This document shows, piece by piece, positions 43,711 to 52,727 of a DNA stretch of 64,000 bases (the first letter of the stretch is position 1; each line of letters opens with the position of its first letter). Made by a program: the position numbers and the translations under genes. The DNA lies in the NCBI RefSeq assembly GCF_050175855.1, contig NZ_JBFXIO010000001.1, forward strand, positions 3,471 through 67,470, in the 5' to 3' direction. The notes beneath the pieces were generated by a model. The model made no database searches and was not told the origin of the DNA. It saw only the letters and a list, made by a program, of their open reading frames with translations. The DNA is from Piscinibacter sp. (GTDB taxonomy: Bacteria; Pseudomonadota; Gammaproteobacteria; Burkholderiales; Burkholderiaceae_C).

Positions 43711-44595
43711 ATGAACTCGACCCCCATCCATCCGCGCATCGGCATCTTCGGCGGCAGCGGCCTGTACCGCATGGAAGGGCTGACCGACGTTCGCGAGCAG
43801 GTCCTCGACACGCCTTTCGGAGCGCCGTCCGACGCATTCCTGCTCGGCCGGTTGGGAGGCGTGGACGTGGCTTTCCTGGCGCGACATGGCCGCAGCCACG
43901 GCTTGATCCCCAGCCAGATTCCGTTCCGCGCCAACGTCTATGCGATGAAGGCGCTGGGTGTGCAATATCTGCTGTCGGTCTCGGCCGTCGGCTCGATGCG
44001 CGAGGACATCGCGCCGCTGGACATGGTGCTGGTCGACCAGTTCATCGATCTCACGCGCAAGCGCGAAGGCAGCTTCTTCGGCGATGGCGCGGTGGCGCAC
44101 GTCTCGCTGGCCGATCCGGTGTGCGCCGTCCTGCGCGACGTGCTGGCCGCTTCGTTTGCGGATACGGGGCTGGCCGATGTGCGCCTGCACACGCAGGGCA
44201 CCTACGTCTGCATCGAAGGGCCGGCGTTCTCGACGCGTGCCGAATCGCGCTGGTACCGCAGCCTGGGCGCCGCGGTGATCGGCATGACCAACATGCCCGA
44301 GGCCCGCCTGGCCCGCGAGGCCGAGATGGCCTATGCCACGCTGGCGCTGGCCACCGACTGGGACTGCTGGCACCCGCACCAGGCCTGCGTCACCGCCGAG
44401 ATGGCGATCGCCAACCTGCAGGGCAATGCACAGCGTGCGCAGCAGGTGCTGGCCCATGCGGTGCGCCGCATTGCAGCCAACTGGCCGGTGTCGGCAGCGC
44501 ACAGCGCACTGGGCGCGGCGCTGGTGACGCCGCCGGCGGCCATGGCGGCCCCGGTCCGGGAGCGGCTGCACGCCTTGATCTCGCGCTTTCTGTGA
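43711..44595 (+). CDS. mtnP: S-methyl-5'-thioadenosine phosphorylase
   Basis: IGIFGGSGLY, FLARHG, RANVYA, EGPAFSTRAES, GMTNMPEA, TDWDCW; AGGAG RBS. Confidence 0.92.
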   Translation: MNSTPIHPRIGIFGGSGLYRMEGLTDVREQVLDTPFGAPSDAFLLGRLGGVDVAFLARHGRSHGLIPSQIPFRANVYAMKALGVQYLLSVSAVGSMREDIAPLDMVLVDQFIDLTRKREGSFFGDGAVAHVSLADPVCAVLRDVLAASFADTGLADVRLHTQGTYVCIEGPAFSTRAESRWYRSLGAAVIGMTNMPEARLAREAEMAYATLALATDWDCWHPHQACVTAEMAIANLQGNAQRAQQVLAHAVRRIAANWPVSAAHSALGAALVTPPAAMAAPVRERLHALISRFL

Positions 44596-44621
44596 AACCG
44601 GCTCGAAATCTGCGGCAGGCC

Positions 44622-44650
44622 TGTAAGACCTCGACGACCTGCCTCGTCTA
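44622..44650 (+). promoter_or_regulatory. ECF-type promoter TGTAAG-N17-CGTCTA
   Basis: 79 bp upstream of the DUF2282 precursor gene. Confidence 0.72.
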
Positions 44651-44729
44651 TTCGCCACGAAGGCCGTGCTCGGCACGGCGCTTCGGCCAGTCCCACCGCT
44701 AGGTCCATCCACTGTTTCAGGAGATTCCC

Positions 44730-45029
44730 ATGACCCAAACCACCCCCAAGTTGCCCGCGATCGCCCTGGCCCTGGCGCTGGGCGCCGCGTTCACGGCCTT
44801 GCCCGCCGCCGCACAGATGGCCGACAAGGACAAGTGTTTCGGCGTCGCCTTGAAGGGCAAGAACGACTGCAAGGCTGGTGCCGGCACCACCTGCGCTGGC
44901 ACGTCCAAGGTGGATCACCAAGGCAACGCCTGGTCGCTGGTCCCGAAGGGCACCTGCGAAAACACGGTCTCCAAGACCTCGCCCACAGGCTTCGGCCAAC
45001 TTGCCGAGTTCAAGGAAAAGAAGGCCTGA
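44730..45029 (+). CDS. bufA1: DUF2282 bufferin-type RiPP precursor
   Basis: Signal peptide followed by EKC-like [30 protein letters not shown] (4 Cys). Confidence 0.9.
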   Translation: MTQTTPKLPAIALALALGAAFTALPAAAQMADKDKCFGVALKGKNDCKAGAGTTCAGTSKVDHQGNAWSLVPKGTCENTVSKTSPTGFGQLAEFKEKKA

Positions 45030-45065
45030 GCGGCGGACCCTGCCGAGCACCCCGAGCCGCCGCCC

Positions 45066-46004
45066 ATGTCTGCCGCTGATCAAGGCCTGCGCCACGCCAC
45101 AGTCGGCTCGCCGGCCGCGGGCGTGCGCGGCGGCGCGCCCGGCTTGCCGTGGCGCGCCGGCATTGGCCTGAAGCCGGAGCACTTCCGCGAGGTGCTGGCC
45201 ACGCGCCCGGACATCGGCTTCTTCGAGGTGCATGCCGAGAACTACATGGTCGACGGCGGGCCATTCCACCACTTTCTGGCGCGCGTGCGGGAACACTACG
45301 CGCTGTCTCTGCACGGCGTGGGCCTGTCGATCGGTGGCTCGGATCCGCTCGACGAATCGCATCTCGACCGGCTGGCCGCATTGATCGAGCGCTACCAGCC
45401 GGCTTCATTCTCCGAGCACCTGGCGTGGTCCAGCCACGGCGAGGTGTTCTACAACGACCTGCTGCCGGTGCCCTACGACCGGCAGACGCTGGCCCGCGTG
45501 TGCGAACACATCGACCGCGTGCAGGAGCGGCTCGGCCTGCGCATGCTGCTCGAGAACCCGTCGACCTACCTCGAGTTCGAGGCCTCGACGATGAGCGAGA
45601 CCGCGTTCCTGCGCGAGGTGATGAAGCGCACCGGTTGCGGGCTGCTGCTGGACGTCAACAACGTGCACGTGTCGTGCACGAACCACGGGCGCGACGCGAT
45701 GGCCTACCTGCGCGAGCTTCCTTTGGGAGCAGTGGGCGAAGTTCATCTGGCCGGTTTTGCGCGCGACCAGGACGCCGCCGGTGCGCCGCTGCTGATCGAC
45801 AGCCATGGCAGCCCGGTGGACGAGGCCGTCTGGGGCCTCTTTGCCCACGTCATCGCGCAACTCGGCGCTGTGCCGACGCTGCTCGAACGCGACAACGACG
45901 TGCCTGCCCTGCAGACGCTCCTGGCCGAAGCCGGCCGCGCCGAGGCGACGATGGGTGCGCGGGCCGAACCGCGGCGCTGTGGCCTCTACTGGGGCGGCGC
46001 ATGA
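45066..46004 (+). CDS. bufB: MNIO (DUF692) multinuclear non-heme iron oxidase
   Basis: [60 protein letters not shown]. Confidence 0.93.
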   Translation: MSAADQGLRHATVGSPAAGVRGGAPGLPWRAGIGLKPEHFREVLATRPDIGFFEVHAENYMVDGGPFHHFLARVREHYALSLHGVGLSIGGSDPLDESHLDRLAALIERYQPASFSEHLAWSSHGEVFYNDLLPVPYDRQTLARVCEHIDRVQERLGLRMLLENPSTYLEFEASTMSETAFLREVMKRTGCGLLLDVNNVHVSCTNHGRDAMAYLRELPLGAVGEVHLAGFARDQDAAGAPLLIDSHGSPVDEAVWGLFAHVIAQLGAVPTLLERDNDVPALQTLLAEAGRAEATMGARAEPRRCGLYWGGA

Positions 46005-46801
46005 CAGGCGCGGCGACGCTCCCCGGCAGCCAGCGCGACTTCGCAGCTGCGCTGCTCGACCCGCAGCGCGCTGTTCCGCCGGGACTGCGCACCTGGAACG
46101 GCTCGGACCCGGCAGCGCGCCTGGCCGTGTACCGCAACAACGTCGTCAGCTCGCTGGTCGATGCGCTGGCCGACACCTTTCCGGTGGTCCAGCGACTGGT
46201 GGGCGTTGAGTTCTTCCGCGCCATGGCAGTCCTGTTCGTGCGTGAGTCGCCACCACGCTCGCAGGTGCTGGCGCACTACGGGCGCGACTTCCCAGCCTTC
46301 GTTGCCGCGTTCGAGCCGGCTCGAGGGCTGCCCTACCTGGCCGACGTGGCGCGGCTGGAGGTGGCGCGCGTGCAGGCCTATCACGCGGCCGATACGGAAT
46401 TGATCTCCGACGAGATGGTGAGCTTGGCGCTGGCCAGCGGCGAGCGCATGGGCGAGCTGCGTTTGGTGCTGCATCCCTCGGTCCATACGCTCGCGTCGCC
46501 TCATGCCGTCGTGACCTTGTGGGCGGCGCATCAGGTGGACGGTGACGACGTTGCGCAGGTCGACGTCGACGCGCCGGAGAGCGCCCTGATCCTTCGCGTG
46601 GGCCTCGAGGTGCTGGTCCTGCCTTCGGCCCTCGGGACGGTCTGTTTCGTCGAGGCCGTCCGTGAGGGCCAGAACCTGGGTGACGCTGCGGCGCGCGCCA
46701 TCACGGCCGCGCCCGGCTTCGATCTCAGCGGCACCTTGACCCAATTGCTGGCGCACGGCGCGCTGAGTGCTATCCATCTTCCACCGAGGTTGTCCTCATG
46801 A
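46001..46801 (+). CDS. DUF2063 MNIO partner protein
   Basis: [32 protein letters not shown]. Confidence 0.88.
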   Translation: MTGAATLPGSQRDFAAALLDPQRAVPPGLRTWNGSDPAARLAVYRNNVVSSLVDALADTFPVVQRLVGVEFFRAMAVLFVRESPPRSQVLAHYGRDFPAFVAAFEPARGLPYLADVARLEVARVQAYHAADTELISDEMVSLALASGERMGELRLVLHPSVHTLASPHAVVTLWAAHQVDGDDVAQVDVDAPESALILRVGLEVLVLPSALGTVCFVEAVREGQNLGDAAARAITAAPGFDLSGTLTQLLAHGALSAIHLPPRLSS

Positions 46802-47346
46802 CCACGTCCGCATCGTCCACCGCCCGTGCCGGCCATCGCGCCGCCTCATCCGGCGCTTCCTCCATGGCGCGACTGATTGATGCGGCCATCGGTGTGTTCG
46901 AGCGCATCCCGCACTCGCTGATCGCGTTCATCGCGCGCTTCTCGATCGCGGCGGTCTTCTGGAATTCAGGGCAGACCAAGGTCCAGGGCTTCGTGGTCAA
47001 CCTGGTCTCCGGCGAGTTCAAGCTCGGCTGGCCGAGTCTGTCGGATTCGGCGCTGGCGCTGTTCCAGGACGAATACAAGCTGCCGTTCATTCCGCCCGAG
47101 TTCGCGGCGCCGATGGCGGCCACGGCCGAGCATCTGTTCCCGCTGTTGATCCTGATCGGCCTGGGGACGCGCTTCTCGGCCCTGGCCCTTCTGGGCATGA
47201 CCCTGGTGATCCAGCTCTTCGTCTACCCCGGCGCCTACGCGACGCACGGCACCTGGGCCGCGGTGCTCTTGGTTCTCATCGCTCGCGGGCCAGGCATGTT
47301 GTCGGTGGATCACTGGCTCGCGTCGCGCCGGGCGGCGATCCGATGA
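46798..47346 (+). CDS. DoxX family membrane protein
   Basis: FWNSGQTK, LFQDEY, EHLFPLL...GLGTR, IQLFVYP, GPGMLSVD. Confidence 0.88.
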   Translation: MTTSASSTARAGHRAASSGASSMARLIDAAIGVFERIPHSLIAFIARFSIAAVFWNSGQTKVQGFVVNLVSGEFKLGWPSLSDSALALFQDEYKLPFIPPEFAAPMAATAEHLFPLLILIGLGTRFSALALLGMTLVIQLFVYPGAYATHGTWAAVLLVLIARGPGMLSVDHWLASRRAAIR

Positions 47347-47511
47347 TGGCCGCCGGCCGACCACTTATCAGCCGTCGCTCGCCCGCCTGGTGCGCGACGC
47401 CACCCCATGTCGAGTCGCGCGCACGCGCCCCTCAACATGTCCGCACCGTTGCACGGGCTCGGTGAGGTCCCTTTCCTTCCCCTCGACTTGATCCATACAC
47501 AGGAGATCTCC

Positions 47512-47790
47512 ATGAGCAAGCTTTCATCCCACCTGACCAAGGCCTTGGCCTCGGCCGTGGTGACCGCCGCCGCACTCGGCGGCAACGTCATGGCCGCCAC
47601 CTGCGCGGGCGCCAAGTGCGGCCCGAAGAAGATGGCGGCCAAGTGCGGCGCCTGCAGCGCCAAGGGTGCTGCCTGCGCGGCCAGCGGTGCCAAACACAAG
47701 ATGAAGGCCAAGGCGAAATGCGGCGCGAAGTGTGGCGCCAAGTGCGGTGCCACCAAGGCCAAGTGCGGCGCCTGCGGCGCCAAGAAGTGA
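47512..47790 (+). CDS. Secreted Cys/Lys/Ala-rich peptide with six KCG repeats (92 aa, 10 Cys)
   Basis: CAGGAG RBS; leader LASAVVTAAALGGNVMA; core AKCGAKCGAKCGATKAKCGACGAKK. Confidence 0.82.
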   Translation: MSKLSSHLTKALASAVVTAAALGGNVMAATCAGAKCGPKKMAAKCGACSAKGAACAASGAKHKMKAKAKCGAKCGAKCGATKAKCGACGAKK

Positions 47791-47824
47791 CCCGTCGAAC
47801 CCCACAACCTGAAGGAGACACGAC

Positions 47825-48022
47825 ATGAACTCACTTTCATCGACCCTCGCCCGCACACTGGCCTCCGCCGTCGTGACCGCCGCCGCCCTCGGCGGCTGCG
47901 CCATGATGTGCGGCGCCAAGAAGTGCGGCGCGGGTACTTCCGCGCAAGCCTGCGGTGCGTGCAAAGGTAAGTGCGGCGCCTGCAAGGGCAAGTGCGGTGC
48001 TTGCGGCGCGAAGAAGAAGTAG
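47825..48022 (+). CDS. Paralogous Cys/Lys-rich peptide (65 aa, 9 Cys)
   Basis: AAGGAG RBS; same leader LASAVVTAAALGG then C; core CGACKGKCGACKGKCGACGAKKK. Confidence 0.82.
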   Translation: MNSLSSTLARTLASAVVTAAALGGCAMMCGAKKCGAGTSAQACGACKGKCGACKGKCGACGAKKK

Positions 48023-48100
48023 GAGCATCGCCACCAGTTGCCTCGGCTCCCGACCTGTTGTCGGAGCTGAGGCCGTATCGGATTTCACCTGCACCCCGGG

Positions 48101-48808
48101 ATGAGTGCCCATCCATTGCTGCGCCGTCGTTGGCGGCAGGCGTCCGACGAAGTGTTTGCCTCGGACCTGAGGCAGGCACGCGACAGCGTGGCCGCGTTCA
48201 GCCAAACCACGGAGGCCTCGGGTTCCCTGCTGCAGAGCTGGATCGAAGGGCGGCCCGTCGTCGAGTTCGAGCACTATCCGCCCGACGATGTGGTCGACTT
48301 CCGCAACGGCTCGCAGTTCTACTACCACGCCCACCGCGACGGCGACCAGGAACACGGCCACCTGCACCTGTTCTGGCACGCTACCGCGTCGGGGCGACGC
48401 CGATACCTGCGTCCCGGCAATCCACGATGGGTTCGCACGGCGCCGACGCATCTGTTCGCGATCTCGCTCGATGCCCGGGGGCTGCCGGTGGGTCTGTTCA
48501 CCGTCAATCGCTGGGTCACCGACGGTCACTGGTTCGATGCCGCGACGACGCTCTCGTTCGTCGACCGCTTTGCACTGGATGCTGTGGAAAGCCATGCAGC
48601 TTCGTGCCGCTGGCTCACCAACTTCGTGAGGCTCTACCGGCCCCTGATCGAAGCGATCCTGTTGAAGCGCGATGCTCGCCTGGCCCGACGCGCATCGCTC
48701 GAAGACGCATTGATCGACCACCGCCTGGAGGTGCTGAGTCTTCAGCCCATCGACTGGGCGGCCGACCTGGATGCGCTCGAAGCCGAGGCCGCACGGCGCG
48801 GCTTGTGA
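48101..48808 (+). CDS. DUF6969-like His-rich hypothetical protein
   Basis: SQFYYHAH...EHGHLHLF and PTHLFAISLDARGLPVGLFTVNRWVT; family name from memory of the motif. Confidence 0.72.
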   Translation: MSAHPLLRRRWRQASDEVFASDLRQARDSVAAFSQTTEASGSLLQSWIEGRPVVEFEHYPPDDVVDFRNGSQFYYHAHRDGDQEHGHLHLFWHATASGRRRYLRPGNPRWVRTAPTHLFAISLDARGLPVGLFTVNRWVTDGHWFDAATTLSFVDRFALDAVESHAASCRWLTNFVRLYRPLIEAILLKRDARLARRASLEDALIDHRLEVLSLQPIDWAADLDALEAEAARRGL

Positions 48809-48817
48809 CGTGGTGAG

Positions 48818-49453
48818 CTACCAGCGCAGCAGCAATGGACCCAGCAGGGCGCCCAGGGCTGCGGGGAGCAGCACCCCTGCCGTGTACCAGACCAGCACGA
48901 ACAGCGGCGACAACTCTGGGCAGTACAGCGCATACCCCAGCGCACCCAAGCCGCCGGCGAACAGGCCCGCGGCGAAGCCTGCCCATCGTGGCCTGGTCGG
49001 CGCCAGGCCGCGCAGCGCCCACATGGCAGCGGCGAGTGCCGGCACCGAGAGTGACGCCACGCGCCAGGGGCAGGAGGTCCAGGACCGCCCGAGCAGCAGA
49101 TCGAGGCGCTGTGTCTCACCGGCTTGCGTCCACACCGTGACCGCCAGCAACGCCATCGCCAGCACCACCCCGACGACGGCCCAGAGCGCCCGTCGCCACG
49201 GTGTGCCCGGACGGGCGATGCGGTCGACGAACCAGGCAGCGGACAGGATCAGCGCGACGACGTACCCAAGCTTCACTGCCAGCGCCACACCCATGTCCGT
49301 GAGGCTGGCATTCAAACCCAGTGCACCAATTGCACCGGCGATGCTTCCGGCAGCCCCCAGGCTTGCGGCCATCGCGACGCGGCGTTCCACCGCATGGCGG
49401 GGTGCCGGCCCGGCCTGGCGTGCCAGCAGCTCGACGAGTTGCTCGGTCTTCAT
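48818..49453 (-). CDS. nrsF: NrsF/DUF1109 membrane anti-sigma factor
   Basis: MKTEQLVELL, SCPWRV, RGLAPTRP, YALYCPE. Confidence 0.9.
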   Translation of the reverse strand: MKTEQLVELLARQAGPAPRHAVERRVAMAASLGAAGSIAGAIGALGLNASLTDMGVALAVKLGYVVALILSAAWFVDRIARPGTPWRRALWAVVGVVLAMALLAVTVWTQAGETQRLDLLLGRSWTSCPWRVASLSVPALAAAMWALRGLAPTRPRWAGFAAGLFAGGLGALGYALYCPELSPLFVLVWYTAGVLLPAALGALLGPLLLRW

Positions 49454-49998
49454 GGCCTGCCCCGGATCAAGCCGGCCAGGCGCTTGAGGCCACGATGGAC
49501 ATTGACCTTGATGGCCGATTCCGACACACCCGCGCGCCGCGCTGCGTCGGCGACCGAGAGGCCCTCGAGCTTGGTGTCGACGATGGCCTGCCGCTGCGCC
49601 GCTGTCAGGCTGCCCAGAAGCTGTTCCAGGTCGTGCTGGACGCCGGCTTCTTCATGGATCGCCGGATGCAGGTCATCCGGCAGTTCGTCGAAGGACTCGA
49701 ACAGACCTTCGCTGCGCCCACGGCGCCGCCACAGATCGACCAGCTTGTGGCGCGCGATGCCATACACCCAGGCCGTCACCGGAACGCTGGTGTCGTAGGT
49801 GCCGCGCTGCAGGTGCAGCGCCAGCAGGGTTTCCTGCACGAGATCCTCCACGTCAGGGGACAGGCCGCCCATGCGGCGGGCGAAGTAGCCGCGCAGCCGG
49901 TCGGCGATCAATGCCAGGGCTCGTCGATACGCGGCTTCGTCGCCCGCATGGGCGTCCAACCAGATCGGCCGCAGTTGATCTTCGAAGTCGTTGCGCAA
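49450..49998 (-). CDS. sigF: ECF sigma factor (SigF/ECF16-type)
   Basis: GDEAAYR, VEDLVQETLLALH, WVYGIARHKLVD, KVNVHRGLKRL; ATGA-coupled to nrsF; TTG start. Confidence 0.85.
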   Translation of the reverse strand: MRNDFEDQLRPIWLDAHAGDEAAYRRALALIADRLRGYFARRMGGLSPDVEDLVQETLLALHLQRGTYDTSVPVTAWVYGIARHKLVDLWRRRGRSEGLFESFDELPDDLHPAIHEEAGVQHDLEQLLGSLTAAQRQAIVDTKLEGLSVADAARRAGVSESAIKVNVHRGLKRLAGLIRGRP

Positions 49999-50012
49999 TC
50001 GTCACCCTGTAT

Positions 50013-50038
50013 TTCGTCGGGCGCGGCGATCCGGTTAC
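50013..50038 (-). promoter_or_regulatory. SigF-type promoter GTAACC-N16-CGAA (sigF-nrsF autoregulation)
   Basis: Reverse strand reads GTAACC GGATCGCCGCGCCCGA CGAA. Confidence 0.78.
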
Positions 50039-50070
50039 ACGGACAGCCGAAAAAAAGTTCTGGCGTCGCT

Positions 50071-50096
50071 GTAACCGAAGCGCGATGTCAAACGAA
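50071..50096 (+). promoter_or_regulatory. SigF-type promoter GTAACC-N16-CGAA (trx-ccdA operon)
   Basis: GTAACC GAAGCGCGATGTCAAA CGAA. Confidence 0.78.
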
Positions 50097-50170
50097 CTTG
50101 CCCTTCGTCGCGCTGGCGTTTCGGCAGCGCCATCTCCCACCCACCCCTCACCTGCTTGAAAGGCCGAACC

Positions 50171-50551
50171 ATGAAGCTCGCCCGTCTCATTGTCGCCGCC
50201 GCCCTCGTCGGCAGCGCCGCGCTCGCCCACGCGCTCGATATCAAGCCCTATTCGGCAGACGCGCTTGCCAACGCGGAGAAGGCGGGCCAGCCCGTCGCGT
50301 TGCACTTCCGGGCCGACTGGTGCCCGACCTGCCGTGCTCAGGACAAGGCACTGCAATCCTTGAAGGCGGAGAAGGGCCTGGACATCACCGTACTGTCGGT
50401 CAACTACGACACCGAGAAGGACATGAAGCGCCGCTTCAAGATCAGTTCGCAATCGACCCTTGTCGTGCTGAAGGGTGACAAGGAATCGGCCCGACTCGTC
50501 GGCGACACGTCCTCGTTGAACATCATGATGGCTCTGAAGTCGGCACTCTGA
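50171..50551 (+). CDS. Periplasmic thioredoxin-family protein
   Basis: Signal peptide; HFRADWCPTC and QSTLVV. Confidence 0.88.
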   Translation: MKLARLIVAAALVGSAALAHALDIKPYSADALANAEKAGQPVALHFRADWCPTCRAQDKALQSLKAEKGLDITVLSVNYDTEKDMKRRFKISSQSTLVVLKGDKESARLVGDTSSLNIMMALKSAL

Positions 50552-50563
50552 TCGTCGCCGGGC

Positions 50564-51298
50564 ATGTCGATCGCACTCTCGCTGCCGCAACTGGGGCTGA
50601 GCCTGGCGGCGGGCGGATTGACCACGCTGTCGCCTTGCGTGTTCCCCTTGCTGCCGCTGGTGCTGGGCGGCGCGCTACAGGGCAACCGCTTCGCGCCGGT
50701 GGCGATGGGCGCCGGCATGATCGCCTCCTTCGCAGCCATCGGGATGGTGCTCGGTGCACTCGGCCCGTCCTTGGGCATCGACGCCGACACCGTGCGCACC
50801 GCCGGGGCGGCGATGCTGATCGCCTTCGCGCTAGTGATGCTGGTGCCAGCCCTGGGCGAACGCTTCACGCGATGGATGTTGCCGATCGCCAGCACGGCGA
50901 ACGCCGCGTCGGCCAAGCTCGATGGCGGATCCGTCGTCGGCGCGCTGCTGCTGGGCGGCGTGCTGGGGCTGGTCTGGAGCCCGTGCTCGGGGCCGCTGCT
51001 CGGGTCGGCCTTGACGCTGGTGGCCAGCGAAGGCGGAGTCGCGCGCGGCGGGCTCGTGCTGGGCATTTTTGGGTTGGGCGCGGCAATCCCGCTGGTCGCC
51101 GTGGCCTATGCGTCGCGCAGAGGTTTCGTTGCCGTGCGTGACTGGGTGATGGCACGCATCGAACGCGTGCGCCATGTCTTCGCCGTGCTGCTGGGCGCCA
51201 TGGGCGTGGCCATCCTGACCGGTGGCGACAAGTGGCTGGAGGCGCGCGTGCTGCAGTGGTTGCCGGACGCCTGGGTCAACCTGACGGTTGGCATCTGA
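50564..51298 (+). CDS. ccdA: CcdA/DsbD transmembrane electron transporter
   Basis: LSPCVFPLLP and VWSPCSGPLL. Confidence 0.9.
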   Translation: MSIALSLPQLGLSLAAGGLTTLSPCVFPLLPLVLGGALQGNRFAPVAMGAGMIASFAAIGMVLGALGPSLGIDADTVRTAGAAMLIAFALVMLVPALGERFTRWMLPIASTANAASAKLDGGSVVGALLLGGVLGLVWSPCSGPLLGSALTLVASEGGVARGGLVLGIFGLGAAIPLVAVAYASRRGFVAVRDWVMARIERVRHVFAVLLGAMGVAILTGGDKWLEARVLQWLPDAWVNLTVGI

Positions 51299-51320
51299 TT
51301 TCAACAAAGAGGGAGACCTG

Positions 51321-52397
51321 ATGATCAAGAACACTCTGATCGTGGCGGCACTGGCCGCGGCTGTTGCCGGCTGCGCGACGCCGCCGCCCAATGTCCCGAT
51401 GAAGGCGCTAATGACGGCGCCGGCGCCGGTCACCTTCGATGGCAACGTGGCCGGTCAGGCCACCGATTTCGTCTTCATGCTCGTGCCGGATTCGAACCCG
51501 GCTGCGCCGGGCTTCGGCATGCGCGCCGGCGAGTCGCTGCGGCTGGCGTTGCCGGCGGCCTTCAAGCGCAACACCACGGTAGCGATCAGCGCCGACACGG
51601 ACGTCAACCTCGTCCTGACCAAGGGCTGGCCCCAGGGCGCGGTGAAGCTGGCCGGGCAGTACCGCGTCGGTTACGACGAGAAGGGCAATGCGATGGTCGT
51701 GACTGCGGCCCAGGACGTACCTGCCGAAGGCGCCAATGCGCCGGGCATCAAGGTCATCCACCTGCGCGGGCGCAGCTTCGTCAATCCGATGCCGGGCGAC
51801 TTTCCCGTCCGTGTCGATCATGTCGCGAGCGACGGCAAGGTGCTGGCCACCTGGCAGGGGCAGCTCAAGGTGCTGGACAGCGCGCCGACGGCACGTCTGG
51901 CACCGACGAACTTCCATCTCGCGCCCGGCGTGAACAGTGACTTCCAGAAGGTGACCCCCGGTCAGGTCGCCCCGTACGCGCTCGGCCTGCTGCTGTGGGG
52001 AGCGCAGGGCGCTGCACTCAACGACGTCGGCATCGCGCCGCGCGACCTGACGCGCTTCCCGCGCTACACCGGTGGTCTGCTGGTGCAGGACAGCAATCAC
52101 GACGGCAAGCTCGACCCCGCCACGGACACGGTGGTCGGCGGCATCATCGGCGCAGCACCGCAGGGCGCCACAGGGCAGGCGGCGACGAGCCCCATGGGAG
52201 CGAACGGCGCGCTGGTGCTGTCGGGTCAGACCGTGCGCCATGCCGCTTATCCGCCCGCCGCCGGCGGTGGCAAGCCGAATCCCGGGCTGCTGACCATCCA
52301 GTTCAAGGCGGGTTCGCTGCCGGGCTTGTATCGGCCGACCGTCGAGCTGATCGGCGGCAACGCCTATCAGTTCACGATCGAGGCGATCGCTCGCTGA
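51321..52397 (+). CDS. Hypothetical lipoprotein
   Basis: GAGGGAG RBS; lipobox VAGC; DSNHDGKLD motif. Confidence 0.75.
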   Translation: MIKNTLIVAALAAAVAGCATPPPNVPMKALMTAPAPVTFDGNVAGQATDFVFMLVPDSNPAAPGFGMRAGESLRLALPAAFKRNTTVAISADTDVNLVLTKGWPQGAVKLAGQYRVGYDEKGNAMVVTAAQDVPAEGANAPGIKVIHLRGRSFVNPMPGDFPVRVDHVASDGKVLATWQGQLKVLDSAPTARLAPTNFHLAPGVNSDFQKVTPGQVAPYALGLLLWGAQGAALNDVGIAPRDLTRFPRYTGGLLVQDSNHDGKLDPATDTVVGGIIGAAPQGATGQAATSPMGANGALVLSGQTVRHAAYPPAAGGGKPNPGLLTIQFKAGSLPGLYRPTVELIGGNAYQFTIEAIAR

Positions 52398-52433
52398 AGT
52401 CGCTTGTTCCTACTGCCCTGGCCCGTCTGGAGG

Positions 52434-52727
52434 TCACCGACCGGCTGGGTCGCCGCGTTCGCCGCAACGTCGTTGTGACCGCTCGAGATCGTCCAGTTGC
52501 ATGAGCAGCGATGTGCGGTCTTCGCGTGCGACCACGCGCCAGTGGCGACCGGTCAATGCGCCTTCCAGCGCCCACAGCAGGTTCAGGCTGGCGTTCGCCC
52601 CAGAAGCCTTGACTGCGAAGTAGGCGGCGACAGCTCCGAGTGCGCGCAAGTCCTGCTCGGAGTGGATGCCCACGCCGTTCAGCATGCGGACAGACGCGGG
52701 GCCGAGATTGGCGAGCGGCTTCATCAT
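52434..52727 (-). CDS. TfoX C-terminal domain protein
   Basis: LANLGPASVRML...SLNLLWALEGAL. Confidence 0.85.
   Translation of the reverse strand: MMKPLANLGPASVRMLNGVGIHSEQDLRALGAVAAYFAVKASGANASLNLLWALEGALTGRHWRVVAREDRTSLLMQLDDLERSQRRCGERGDPAGR

Noticed and set aside
47788-47790. TGA after the first KCG peptide, and TGA after bufA1, as selenocysteine codons
   Set aside because: The paralog ends at the equivalent KK(K) with TAG; no Cys-equivalent position and no evident SECIS hairpin follows
47620-48020. Tandem nucleotide repeats (aagtgcggcgc) as a CRISPR or VNTR
   Set aside because: They are codon-phased KCG repeats inside two ORFs, with no spacers or cas genes
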